NCBI GenBank assembly: GCA_048213135.1 | Contig: PS015269.1 | Location: forward strand, 1 to 40,376 | Direction of reading: 5' to 3' | DNA length: 40,376 bases | DNA from: Reclinomonas americana ATCC 50394 | Taxonomy: Eukaryota | Shown here: piece after piece, positions 1-11,374 of the stretch | Numbering within the stretch: the stretch's first letter is position 1 | Layout: each line of letters begins with the position of its first letter | Notes under the pieces: model-generated | What the model saw: only the letters and a program-made list of their open reading frames with translations | What the model was told of the DNA's origin: nothing | Database searches by the model: none | Translations under genes and position numbers: made by a program

Positions 1-42
<42 letters not shown>
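1..42. repeat. (AG)n microsatellite
   Basis: Perfect AG dinucleotide run at the window start. Confidence 0.95.
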
Positions 43-44
<2 letters not shown>

Positions 45-246
45 AGAAGGTGAGAAGAGTGGACAAAGGCAATGAGAAGACGAGAGAAAGAGAGGAGAAG
101 CGACAAGTAAGAAAGGAAGAGAGGGGAATGAGAGGGGAATTAGAAGGGCAAAGAAGAGGGACAAAGGCAAAGAGAGGGAGAGCGACAAGGAGAGAGAGAG
201 AGAGAATCAGAAGGCGAGGAAGAGCGAGAAGGAGAGTGAGAGGAAC

Positions 247-2536
247 GAGAAAAGGCCTAGCAAGCAGTAAGATTTGACGCGCAAGTGGTTGATTTCAAAT
301 ACGATGCTCACCGACGAGGATGTACTGCGCGGAGGGAAACCATGAGTATAATGACCAGCAAGGTGCACGGAAATGAATCACGACGCAACGGCCTGTTGTC
401 GAGCATTGGAAAGAGCGCGAGGAGAGAACACAGGTGAGTATAACGCAGAGCAGCCAGAACGTGTTTGGCAGAAGTACTCACGCACTGCACGAAACACAGC
501 AGTTAGTAACGCGGATGCACGACGACATCAAGCAACATCAACGCAACAGCACGGCCACCGCTGGAAGATTCCAAGGGAAGAGACGATACGTGTTAGAGGG
601 AAAGACCCGAACACATCATACTGAGATCAGGAGCTCACCGGAACGCCCTGCACGAGAAAGAAGAGTGAGAGGTGAATTTTCAGCGCACAGCAAGGATGTG
701 ACAAGCAAACGCAACATGAATGTGATGCGTGTCCTGAAGTCGTGACCCAGGAAAAACAGTGAGCGGCAACGCTTAGAGAGAGACGCAAGCAGGCAGAGAC
801 GCACCGGATCCACGGCCATCGCATTTCCGCCATGAAGAAGAAGGCACCGCTGCAGAGGCGAAGAGTGAGACACAAGGCGAGAAAGAGAGAGGAGGAGAGG
901 GGAGGTTACGCAACAACAAGATGGCGTAGATGGCCTGCAGCAATGCCGAGAACATGCATAGTTAGTGGTGCGTGGAGTCAAAGGAGAGCGGCTGGTCGAT
1001 CCATGACGCAACGATGACGATCTGCGAGGGAGGGAAGTGAGTGAACAGAGATATCGGGACGGGAAACGAAAGAAAAGGATAAAACACAAGACTAAAATCG
1101 CGAATCGATCGATGTGTGCATCGGTGAAAGAATAACTGAATGCTCTCACAAGGGGGACAGAGAACCACATCAATGGAAAATCAAGCGCAAGATACGCAGA
1201 ATGTTTCTCACTCGAGTAGCAATGGCGCGGGGAGACATAAGGGCTTCAACGTGCGAACAAAAATAAGAATCCTCCCAAGAAGCAAACACAGAAAGAGGAC
1301 AGCGCGCGCGCGCGCAAGAGAGTGAGGGAGAGAGAAAGATGAACAAGAGCCTCAGCAGAAGGTCATGACGCATCAAGATGGAGGAGACTGCATTCCATGT
1401 CAGTGTTCAAACGAGTGGATATCGAGGTGCGCAATAGATTAAAGAATGCTCTCACAACGACGCAGCCACATCAAAACAACCATGTCTATTGCCACGCCAG
1501 CCAGCCAACTCACCGCACGGAAGTCCAGTCCGCCAATGAAGATAAACGTCAGAATGCTACAATCCAACAAGAATCAATACACAGGCACCCACAGCAGCGA
1601 TCGCCAACAACGCAGACGAACCCTGCGAACAAAAAACAAAGCGCACAGTCAGCAAATGCAGAAGAGTCGTTCTCTCGCGTGCTTGGTGAAGCAGAGTACG
1701 CTCTGTTTGCTGCCTCCACCTCTCCCGTCACGCAGGCTTCTTGTTCGCTCTCACAACTTCCACCTCCGCGCTCCCTTCCATTGTCTGCATCTCCATCTTA
1801 CTTCACTCGCATAGCATTCTCAAGTTCTCTCAGTGAGTGCATCTCTGCGTGCACACACAGCTTCGTCTGCCTCTCCACTCTTCGTACACAGCATCCTCCT
1901 GCGCTCTCTATTCCCCTCCTCCCGCAGTTAGGGTCTCTAAGCGCGAACACACAGAGCAACTTCTCCCTCGTTTTCTCTATCCGTGACTCTCTCAGCGAGT
2001 GGGTCTCTGCAGATACACAGCTTCTTCACCGTCTCTCACACTCTGTCAGTAACACACAGCATTCTCCACACACACACACCTCTGCTTCATCTTCTCTTCG
2101 CCGTCTCGCCGATTGTCACATCGCACTCGGACACAGTCTCTTCCTTCACCCTCTCTTCTCCCCGTTCGCTTCTATCTCCTCTCTCTCTCTCTCTCTCGCA
2201 CACACACATCTTCTTCTTCTCTTCGCCGCCTCACTACATTCTCTCCCTCGAACTCAGACAGACTCCTCCTTCACTCTCTCTTTCTCTCTCTCTCTCTTAC
2301 ACACACGCACAGACACCTTCTTCATCTTCTTCGCCGCCTCAATGCATTCTCTCCCTCGCACTCAGGCACACACTCTTCTTTCGCTCTCCCTTCTCCCTCT
2401 TCGCTTCCATCTCCTCTCTCTCTCTCTCACACACACACATCTTCTTCTTCTCTTCGCCACCTCACTGCATTCTCTACCTCGCACTCAGACACGGACTCTT
2501 CTTTCGCTCTCCCTTCTCCCTCTTCGCTTCCATCTC

Positions 2537-2569
<33 letters not shown>

Positions 2570-2648
2570 CTTCTTCTCCTTCTTCTTCTTCGACTTCTCT
2601 TTGCCTTCACTTCCAGATAGCATCTCTGTGCAGATACACAGCATTCTC

Positions 2649-2725
<77 letters not shown>

Positions 2726-2885
2726 NNNNNNNNNNNNNNNNNNNNNNNNNNNNNNNNNNNNNNNNNNNNNNNNNNNNNNNNNNNNNNNNNNNNNNNNNNN
2801 NNNNNNNNNNNNNNNNNNNNNNNNNNNNNNNNNNNNNNCTCTCTCTCCTACTACTACTACGTACTCTCTCTCGTCGTACGTACTA

Positions 2886-2953
<68 letters not shown>

Positions 2954-3465
2954 CATTCTCTCCCTCACACTACGATAGCCTGTCTCTTCTTTCGCTCCTT
3001 ATCTCTCTATCCTTCACGCACACATCTTCTTCTTCGTCTTCTCTTTGTCTCGACTGTCAGATCTCTCACTCAGCGAGTGCATCTCTGTGCAGATACACAG
3101 CTTCTTCTTTGCCTTCTCTCTCTCTCACACACACACACACACTTGCAGACAGAACATTCTCTGACAATCAAACTCAATCTCCCCTCCACATCTCTCATCC
3201 CCTCTCTCCCCACACCCGTTCTCCTCACACACACTCACCATCAGCTACACACACAATAGCCCGCAAGTCACACAACACGCGCAATGTCCGTCAGTGCACA
3301 ACTGACACACACACACTCTCTCTCTCTCACACACAGACCAATCATCGCAGCCGACGCGATCAGACCCTAACACCGAGAGAGAGAGAGAGTGCGTGAGTCA
3401 CGGAGAAACATAAGAGTGTGTGAGAGAGAGCCGCTCACCAATATGCGAAGCATACGATCGCCCAT
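247..3465 (-). CDS. TVP15/COPI_assoc-family Golgi membrane protein, 3'-partial, micro-exon gene
   Basis: Hand-spliced GT-AG exons (minus strand): 3439-3465, 3339-3366, 3239-3244, 1622, 1514-1556, 1013-1021, 915-934, 805-849, 716-733, 639-647, 548-560, 482-484, 390-392, 312-324, 247-256 (last one tentative). They give MGDRMLRILGLIASAAMIADGILTFIFIGGLDFRAIVIAIYAILFGAFFFMAEMRWPWIRTRITFMAFRGGRACAYILVGLFS. The pattern Y-x-I-L-F-G...E...F-M...G-R-x-x-x-Y-I-x-V-G matches my recollection of the TVP15/COPI_assoc family. The C-terminus was not traced and probably lies off the window. Confidence 0.8.
2130..2720. repeat. Diverged ~120-bp tandem repeat with (CT)n/(CA)n tracts inside a long intron
   Basis: Recurring unit ...cttcgcttccatctcctctctc(ct)n(ca)ncatcttcttcttctcttcgccrcctcactgcattctct.cctcgcactcag... 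about four times. Confidence 0.8.
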
Positions 3466-3909
3466 GAACTGTTGAGAGAGACAAACGCGCGTGTGTGAGC
3501 GAGTGAGTGAGAGAGAGAGAGAGCGTGCGCGCAAGCAAGTGACTTGCAAAACACAAAGGAATATACCACACAACACAACACAACAACAAGTGGCGATTCT
3601 CTTCTCATGTACACACTTTTGCACACACTTGCACACATGCAGCGAAAAGAGCGACTTTGCAAGGCGCACTTAGGCGTCACCTAAGGCGTGATTCAGGCGT
3701 CGCCTTTACTATCGCCTGACAAGAACAGCCTACTCACACACACAAAGGCGACTGCTGCACACACTTACAAAAACATCATACCTTTTCCATGCATCCTCCC
3801 ATGATTGCTGCTCTTCACAAAGACACACACTGCGCGACAATCGTCGAAGTGATGGCTAAGTCGGATCGACTAACTCGACCGTGAAATTAACCGTGACTTT
3901 CATCGTGAG

Positions 3910-4431
3910 ATGCAAACGCCTTTGCCACTGCCCACTGCCGCCGCCGCTGCATCAGCTGGTGCCTCTGCTGCTGCATCAGTGCCGTCGAATGTTTACACGG
4001 AAGCTGTGCGATTGCNNNNNNNNNNNNNNNNNNNNTTCTCTGATGCACGCGCGTCCACAGGTAAGCTCGGCGGTGGCAAGTCGGATGCGCTTAGTCGCGG
4101 GTTGAAGCGGCCCGGTGCGGCGGTGGATGAGAGCAGTCGTGTGTTGAAGGTGCCGCGGACTGCTGCACCAGTGGTGCCGCCGTCTTCTGTGTCGGCGACT
4201 GGAGCGTTGTTTATTCCGCCGACGACGGGTGCGCCACTGGCGACGGTGTCGTTGTTGCAGAGTGGAGGTCCGCCACCGGCGCTGTTGATGTCGTCATCGG
4301 GAGGGAGTGCGTCAAGTGCAAGTGCGGCAAAACCGTCGAGTTCTGCTGGGCGAGGTGGATTGGTGGCGGCACTGTTGGGAGGTGCGACGGTGAGTAAGTT
4401 GCAGCAACAGCAGCCGCCAGCGCCAAGGTAG
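3910..4431 (+). other. Ala/Ser/Gly/Pro-rich ORF of uncertain status (crosses a 20-N gap)
   Basis: 173-aa low-complexity ORF ending at a possible donor (AAG|GTAGTT) or TAG. Its 3' part is duplicated immediately downstream. No recognisable family. Confidence 0.3.
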
Positions 4432-4750
4432 TTAGCTGGAGTGAAGTGCGAACTGTTGTTGTATGGGAGAAATCCATCTGGGCACGCAGGTGTCAATTTG
4501 GTTGGTGACGAGTGCAGTCGTGTGTTGAAGCAGTGCCTCCGACTTCTTCAGCAGTAGAAAGGGGCGTTGTTCACTCCACTGGCGACGGTGTGATTGTTGC
4601 AGAGTGGAGGTCCGCCACCTGCGTTCGTCGGAAGGAAGTGCGTCAAGTGGAAGTGCTGCAAAACCGTCGAGTTCTGCTGGGGGAGGTGTATTGATGGCGG
4701 CACTGTTGGGAGGTGCCACGGTAAGTATGTTGCAGCAACCGCCGAAAGGC
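4125..4750. repeat. Diverged direct duplication (about 4125-4430 vs 4503-4748)
   Basis: Shared blocks such as ccactggcgacggtgt..ttgttgcagagtggaggtccgccacc, aaaaccgtcgagttctgctggg and ggcggcactgttgggaggtgc in both copies. The second copy has indels and stops. Confidence 0.85.
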
Positions 4751-4957
4751 GAGCTATTGTTTTGGAGAAGGGCATCAACTGTCACCAAGGTAGCCTCTCA
4801 GCTGCTTTGTGATGTAGCTGCGGCCGAATGGACCAAGCTGAACGATCCACACGCCATCGAGGCGCCCGCGCAAATCGCTAAATGCAGGCACACAACTCCT
4901 CTGAAAAAAAGGCACTCTTGGACTCCAGCCTTCTCCCATAGCTTCGGTTTACGCGTC

Positions 4958-5989
4958 TCACAAAGTCACAGTGGCACGGGCGACCTGGCCGAGATTCCCG
5001 TTCCAGATGAGGTACTCGCCGCTGAATAGTTGGTGCTCGATGGTGACTGGTGGCATCTTGCCGGCGCCCGTGCAGACGACGGAGCGCGGCAGGAGCTGAA
5101 GGCCGGTGGCGGTGCGATTGGAGACGCGGAAGTTGAGCTGCAGAAGGAGAAGAGGAAAGGATGAGAATGAAGAAGGCAGACAAGGGTTGCGACCTGCGCT
5201 CACTCTCTCACCCCTTTCCCTCCCTCCCTCCCCCTTCCCCCTTCCCCCCTTCGCACCTTAATGTACGCATTATTGCCGGAGATAAACGGATCATCGTGTG
5301 AATCCCCCGGCACCAAATCGTACTGCACAGACGCCGGAAGCGCGAGCTCCAGCGTCTTGGGCGCCAGCTTCTTGCCGCCGCCTGTGCCACACTCACTCGT
5401 CAGCAACAAGAAAAGTGAAGAAATCACCCTGCTGTCTGGATACGCACCGAGTCTCCACAACAGGCCACTCTTGTCAGGCTCCACCAGGAGCTGGCCGGCT
5501 GACGGATTGGCGTCCACAGCGCGGACCTTCCGCCTGCATACGTGTGAGACCAATCGACAGCTCGCGCCATACCCTCCCCCACAAAGACGCAACTGGCTGC
5601 CGAACGGAATCGAGACCTCGAAAATGTCAAAATCGTTGCGCAAGTCCTCGCGGATCTTGAGCTGCACGAGCAGGCGCAGGACGGAGCTGTCGGGAACGTC
5701 CTGCTCGACAAACACCATGAGAACGCGCGCACTCCTGCTGAAAGAGGCAAGAGCGCGAAACCTTGAGCTGGTAAAATCCACGAATCGGCAGCTGGTCGAG
5801 GCGCGACGAGGTGTACACGACAAGGTCGGCGGCGTCGAGTGGCGGGTTGAAGACGAGCTTGATGGGGTTGGCGCTCATGTGGGGGCGCGGCTCGGCGCCC
5901 GACGTCTCGCACGGGTGCACGACGAATTCGTCGAATTGGCCCGAGTGGTCGATGGTGAGGGCCACGGTTGATTGGCCCTCGATGCTGGA
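4958..5989 (-). CDS. AP5M1: AP-5 adaptor complex mu subunit, C-terminal half (5'-partial)
   Basis: Exons 5762-5989, 5594-5700, 5448-5533, 5257-5381 and 4958-5137 splice in frame to ...IEGQSTVALT...FVVHPC...LPIRGFYQLK|DVPDSSVLRLLVQLKI...FEVSIPFGSQ|RKVRAVDANPSAGQL...LLWRLG...DDPFISGNNAYIK|LNFRVSNRTATGLQL...SGEYLIWNGNLG...stop. The HPC, P-x-x-G-F-Y-Q, DPF...Y-x-K and SG-[DE]-Y-x-x-WN motifs are as I recall them for the AP5M1/MUDENG mu-homology domain. Confidence 0.8.
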
Positions 5990-7571
5990 CTGGGGGGAGG
6001 GAAAGGGAAAGGGAGGGTGAGGGGAGGAGAAAGGGAATGGGGAGGGGAGGGGAGGAAAACAAGGGAGAGGGAAGAGCGAGTGGGGAGAGCGAGAGGGGGA
6101 ACGAGAAGGGGAGCGAGAAGGGAAGCAGAGAGAGGGAAAGACGAGAAGAGGGTCGAGAAGAGGGTCGAGAGGAGGGGCGAGGGAGAGCGAGGGGCAGTGG
6201 CGACGATGTATCGCAAGCGCAAGTAAAATATAAACGAGATCGTCACTTGATGTCACGAGGTGAGGCGTCCACGTGCAGGCACAGAGAAAATGAGTGAACA
6301 TATGAAGAAGGCTGATGACAGGTGGAAGATGGTCGTGCGAGAAAGACAGGAAATGTGCGAAAAGGCACGGGGAGGAGAGAGCAGGAGCGGAGTGACCCAA
6401 GGAGGAAGCACAAGCAAGTCGTGTCGTCCTCCCAAGGAAAAAGTCAAGACTGTAAGATAACACGAATACGGAGGATTCACTCTGCCTGTTGCCCTCACTC
6501 TTTCTCTCACTCCCTCTCTCCTTCTCCGGTGTCTCTTTTTCTCTTCCCTCTCTCTTCCGTACTTCCATCACCCTCCCTCTCTCCTTCCCTGCTCCCTCTC
6601 TCATTTCCGTCTTCCCTTTAATTCTTCTCTCTCTCTCTCTCTNNNNNNNNNNNNNNNNNNNNNNNNNNNNNNNNNNNNNNNNNNNNNNNNNNNNNNNNNN
6701 NNNNNNNNNNNNNNNNNNNNNNNNNNNNNNNNNNNNNNNNNNNNNNNNNNNNNNNNNNNNNNNNNNNNNNNNNNNNNNNNNNNNNNNNNNNNNNNNNNNN
6801 NNNNNNNNNNNNNNNNNNNNNNNNNNNNNNNNNNNNNNNNNNNNNNNNNNNNNNNNNNNNNNNNNNNNNNNNNNNNNNNNNNNNNNNNNNNNNNNNNNNN
6901 NNNNNNNNNNNNNNNNNNNNNNNNNNNNNNNNNNNNNNNNNNNNNNNNNNNNNNNNNNNNNNNNNNNNNNNNNNNNNNNNNNNNNNNNNNNNNNNNNNNN
7001 NNNNNNNNNNNNNNNNNNNNNNNNNNNNNNNNNNNNNNNNNNNNNNNNNNNNNNNNNNNNNNNNNNNNNNNNNNNNNNNNNNNNNNNNNNNNNNNNNNNN
7101 NNNNNNNNNNNNNNNNNNNNNNNNNNNNNNNNNNNNNNNNNNNNNNNNNNNNNNNNNNNNNNNNNNNNNNNNNNTCTCACACACACACGCACACACGCTC
7201 GATGCTCTGATGAACCAACCAAGTGTTGGAGGAGGATGTGGAGAAACCTTGGACTTTGCTTGGTGAGACACAGCCAAATAAGGCAACCCTGGAGAAAACC
7301 CTGGGGTTCCAAGGCAAATTCCAGCCTTTTCCAACAAACCTGCTCCGTCGTCGTCCTGTCCGTCTTCCTTGTTATCCTGCCTCGCCTCCTCTGTCCATTC
7401 GGCGACAAGATCGACTTACTCGCTGTTGCGAGGCAACGCCCTCTTCGCTTCTTTGGTGTGTGTGTTTGATTGTGTGTATGTGTGTGGTGTTGAGTTTTGT
7501 AAATGTTGAGACCCGGCCGTCCTCGATTTGACAGATCTCTCGCTCTCCTCATCCCTTTCACAGTAGCACTC

Positions 7572-8930
7572 ATGATTGGCGCCGCTATGCGTGCACCGTA
7601 CTCTGCGCCTCCATCATCCATCGATGAGCTCCGTTCGTGGTTGGATGGCTCGATTCAAGAGTTCGTGCGAGATGTTGCGAAGAGTCACACAGACTTAGTC
7701 GGTGATGTGCACTTTCTTGAAGACTATCACGACAATGTGGTGGGTCTGGGAAAGTACGCCGATTGGCTGTGCGCTGAAGTTGCGCGATGCACTTATTCAT
7801 GCATGCTCGCGCTTGCTTTCTTCACCTCACGCTGCGTTGCAGAAAGCAGCGGGGCGTGATTCCCTGCGCACCGACGAAGCTTGTGCTCTGCGATTCGTCG
7901 ATGACTTTCCGCGAGACTCTGCTGTGAGGCTGGATGATCCAGGGGACTGCATTGCTCAGCATTCCAGACTGCTGGCCTTTTTGCAGGTGTGGTGGAATGC
8001 AGTACTTGTGCGCTCTCATTCTCAAGTTTGCTAACGCAAATGGATACGCTGCTATACAGGGTGTTGTGAACACGGCAACGAGCTCAGTGTCTGTGTGCTT
8101 GATTGGCACGGCCCCATTCGGAACGACGAATGTGGAGCATGGCCTTGTTCTAGTTCACTGCCAGCCCTTCGTTGGGCTTATTGACCTCAGCCTCGACATG
8201 AATGTCTCTTTGGTGTGGGACACCGAGAATGTTAGGTTGAGACGTTCTCGCGCTGGCTTCTTTGATTCGCTAACCTATCACGCGCAATCAGGATGGTCAT
8301 GCCAGCGCCCGGTTTGCTGACGGAGCCAAGTCATTTTCCATCACTTGGCTGTCAGTGGCAAACGAAGTAGACCGTCATCTCCCGCTTCCCAATGTCCAGC
8401 ACGTCGCTTGTCAGGCGCGACCCGATGGCTTGCGCGATCCACTGTTGATCATCAACCACACCAACGGCCGTCAACTCAGAATGGTCGCACCGTTGCCTGA
8501 TGGCACTCTGCAACAGCGTTGGCACGACGCAAATGGAGTGCAACACCTCTCTGCTGCCGATATCAAGAGGATTGACGTCGAGGCACTCTCTACTGGCAGC
8601 CGTTTCGCTGGTCGTTGTCGTGACATGCGAACTGGAGTTCGGCTGACAACGTTTGAGGTGGTGAAGTTGGCAGTCGGTGGTGGAAGCGCCTCCGGATCCA
8701 GCAGTTTGCCGACCTCGACCCACGGGTGGTGGTTCCTGAGCAAGCCCGGGCCCCCCGCCAAGGATCAGCTGCGAAGGCTGTCTGATCCCGACGCACCGCT
8801 TGACGAGGCGTTTCTCAGATCAGCATTGCACCGCGTGTGCCCACATCGCCTTGTGAGGGAGAAACTGTTTGCGGCCATCCTCAGCGTTCACAATGCAGCA
8901 CTTGACGGAGTTATTGAGCTTGTTGAGTGA
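7572..8930 (+). CDS. Hypothetical (orphan) protein, 4 exons
   Basis: Exons 7572-7778, 7843-7986, 8060-8230 and 8292-8930 join in frame through 61-73-nt phase-0 GT-AG introns (donors GTTGCG, GTGTGG, GTTAGG; GCTAAC branch-like site before the third acceptor). The start codon is uncertain. No family recognised. Confidence 0.6.
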
Positions 8931-8934
8931 TCAG

Positions 8935-10119
8935 TCAATCACTTGCATGTGTAATGCCAGTGAAAATATCTGCAACTCTGACAATCACAGCACAGTCCTC
9001 AAAATGCTGCACGTGCTCTGAGGCATTATCAATCGCCGAATTTATCGCGACAGCTTTCCAGCAGCTCCAACGCTGCCAACTCTTCAGCATCCGGCTCGTG
9101 CAGGGTGGCCTCCAACGCGTAGTGTTCGGGAGCCAGCGCACCATGGGCTGGTCGGAATGTGAGAAAGACTTCAAGTAAAGGGTGCAAAAATCGACGTAAC
9201 TCAGATCTGGCAGCTCTTCGATCAAACTGGCAAGCTTGCGAGAAACAGTGGAGAGCTGTTGAGCGACCTTTGCACAGAGCGGGTGCCACACGCGCCAGAT
9301 ATCGCCTAAAATAGCCCTCACAAGGGCAAGGCGGGTGCGCAGTTCTTCTGGAGTGAACTTGCCGTCCGACATCATGGCGACACGTTCGAGGGAGCACTGC
9401 TTGAGAGAGGCGAGCACATCCAAAACAGCTCGGAAGACCAGCTCCTCCAACACCTGCAGAGTTGTGTCTTCCGCGGGTGCCGATGTTCGACCGACATCGC
9501 GGCCGTCTGCCGACAGTTCTGTGGCAGACGCCATTGGAGCTGCAGCCGACGACACGGCCGTTTCCTGCACGCGGATCGGCCCCATCGTCGCATCGTCGGG
9601 ATCACAGACCGGAGCTTGAGTGGGTTCATGGAGCTCCAGAGATGACGCAGCGTGCGCTGGCTCGCGATCTTTTTCTGACCCCAAGTTGCCACTCGCCCCC
9701 ACATCCGGTGTCAGAGGAGAAGACGGCGGCGACACGTCGTGCTCGCCATAAAGCGAGTACGATTTGATCAGGTGATCCATGACTGTCAACACAGAATCTT
9801 CATCCGCCGTAGCAGCAGCAGCCCCCGACGACGACAACCGGGCTGCCGACTCGCGGGCACAAATAGGCCGCAAGCTGTCTTTCTGCGGCACAGCAAAGCA
9901 GTTCGACATGGACATCACAGGTCACAGCGTACGCACACAAAAATAAACACGCACCATCATCGTGAAAGCAGAAATCATATCCTTCTTGGAAGCACCCAAT
10001 ATCTGGCTTTGACAAGCGTGCAACGGTGCTGCTGACGAGAGTGACTGTTGCACAAGCGTGAGAATGTGACTCACACCCCAGAACGAGGGCTCGACACCCA
10101 GACCATTGCGAACAGTGAT
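8935..10119 (-). CDS. Hypothetical (orphan) protein, 5' end unresolved
   Basis: Long last exon 8935-9882 (~315 codons), with in-frame upstream exons 9955-10002 and 10075-10119 through GTGCGT..CAG and GTGAGT..CAG introns. S/P/A-rich linker followed by a helical Leu-rich region. Confidence 0.55.
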
Positions 10120-11020
10120 CTGAATGCTAGTCGGGCGCTGGCCTTGTACGGAGTGAGTTGATCCCTTTCGGGAGCGGAGCTCAGCTCTTTGCGTGACAGA
10201 GTGCGGTCCCACAGAGTGACTTGTGCAGGACAGGTGAGTTACAAGCGACGTCGATCGCAATGCCCACCCTCGCAGTCATGTCGTGTTGCGCACCACCACC
10301 TGCAGGCGTCTATTTTTTGGGCAGGCATGCGCAGCATGTCGCACCTTCGGTGCTCAACGTTGCAGACTGCTCCAAGCTCAAAGGGATGCGAGCATGGGTT
10401 GCCGTGGCGCCGCATCGCCGTGACGTCGTGGCAACGTTGCCACAACAGCCGTCGTGACGTTGCGGTGCATCAATCGCGACTTTGTCGCCCTCCTTCATCG
10501 GAGTGCGTTGGGAGCTGTGTGTGTGTACATGTTCGTGTGTGTGTGTGTACATGTGTGTGTGTGTGTGTGTGTGTTCAACTCTGCGCGCATGCTGGCGTGC
10601 ATCAACGCGTTCATTCACGATCCACTCGCCTACAGTTGCAGATCGCAGTGACATGAGGCGAGGAGCTGATCATGAGAAACGGCAGCGTTTACGTTTCCTG
10701 TGGACAACTTTGACTTCGCACGTGAATCGTCGACATCAGCACTATCGCAGTCGCCAGGAAGTACGCCTGTGTGTATGTGTGACACACTGCACTTGCCGCC
10801 TTTGAGTGTGTGCCAGTGAATCGTTGTAGAGGAGGTGCGCTGTCCTCTGTCCCCGCATTGCAATCCAACTGTTGCAGAGGAGAGAGGGCGGCGCCTCTCT
10901 CCACTCACTTGCTTGCTCCTCCAGCAACCAAGAGGAGACACTTCACACAGACAGACAGACAGACAGAGAGAGCGAGGAGAGCAGTCTCTTCTCTCCGCTC
11001 TCTCTCTCTCTCACTCAAGA

Positions 11021-11340
11021 ATGTCAATGTTGAGTGAGCGCTTTGCTGCGAATCGACGCAAGCAGCGACCACCCAACTCCTCTTTCGAGTCTGTTTATGC
11101 ACCTGTGCTGGAGCTGAGGGATAAGGCGTGGAAGGTCATCAAGGAGGTGCCGGAGACCGTGCGCAAAGTGTGGAACTTTGTGGTGAGTAGGATGTGAGGG
11201 AGAGAAGAGAGAGAGAGAGAGATGCATTGAGTGTGTGTGAGTGTGTGTGCATGAGAGTGTGATGCAGTGTGCCGATGCGCGTCGCAGATTCGCATGCAGA
11301 TGCTGCTTTCAGTTGAGTCTTTTTCTCTCTCCTCCCTCTT

Positions 11341-11374
<34 letters not shown>

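Noticed and set aside
1612-1622. 11-nt exon (GGTTCGTCTGC|GTTGTT) as an alternative to the 1-nt exon
   Set aside because: It gives the wrong phase between the 6-nt exon and exon 1514-1556, and GTTGTT fits neither donor class.
1397-3396. Long S/L/H/T-rich ORFs (also 12281-13468, 25740-26725, 28717-29893, 37318-38255)
   Set aside because: Produced by stop-free CT/CA/GA repeats inside introns, or by reading through N gaps.
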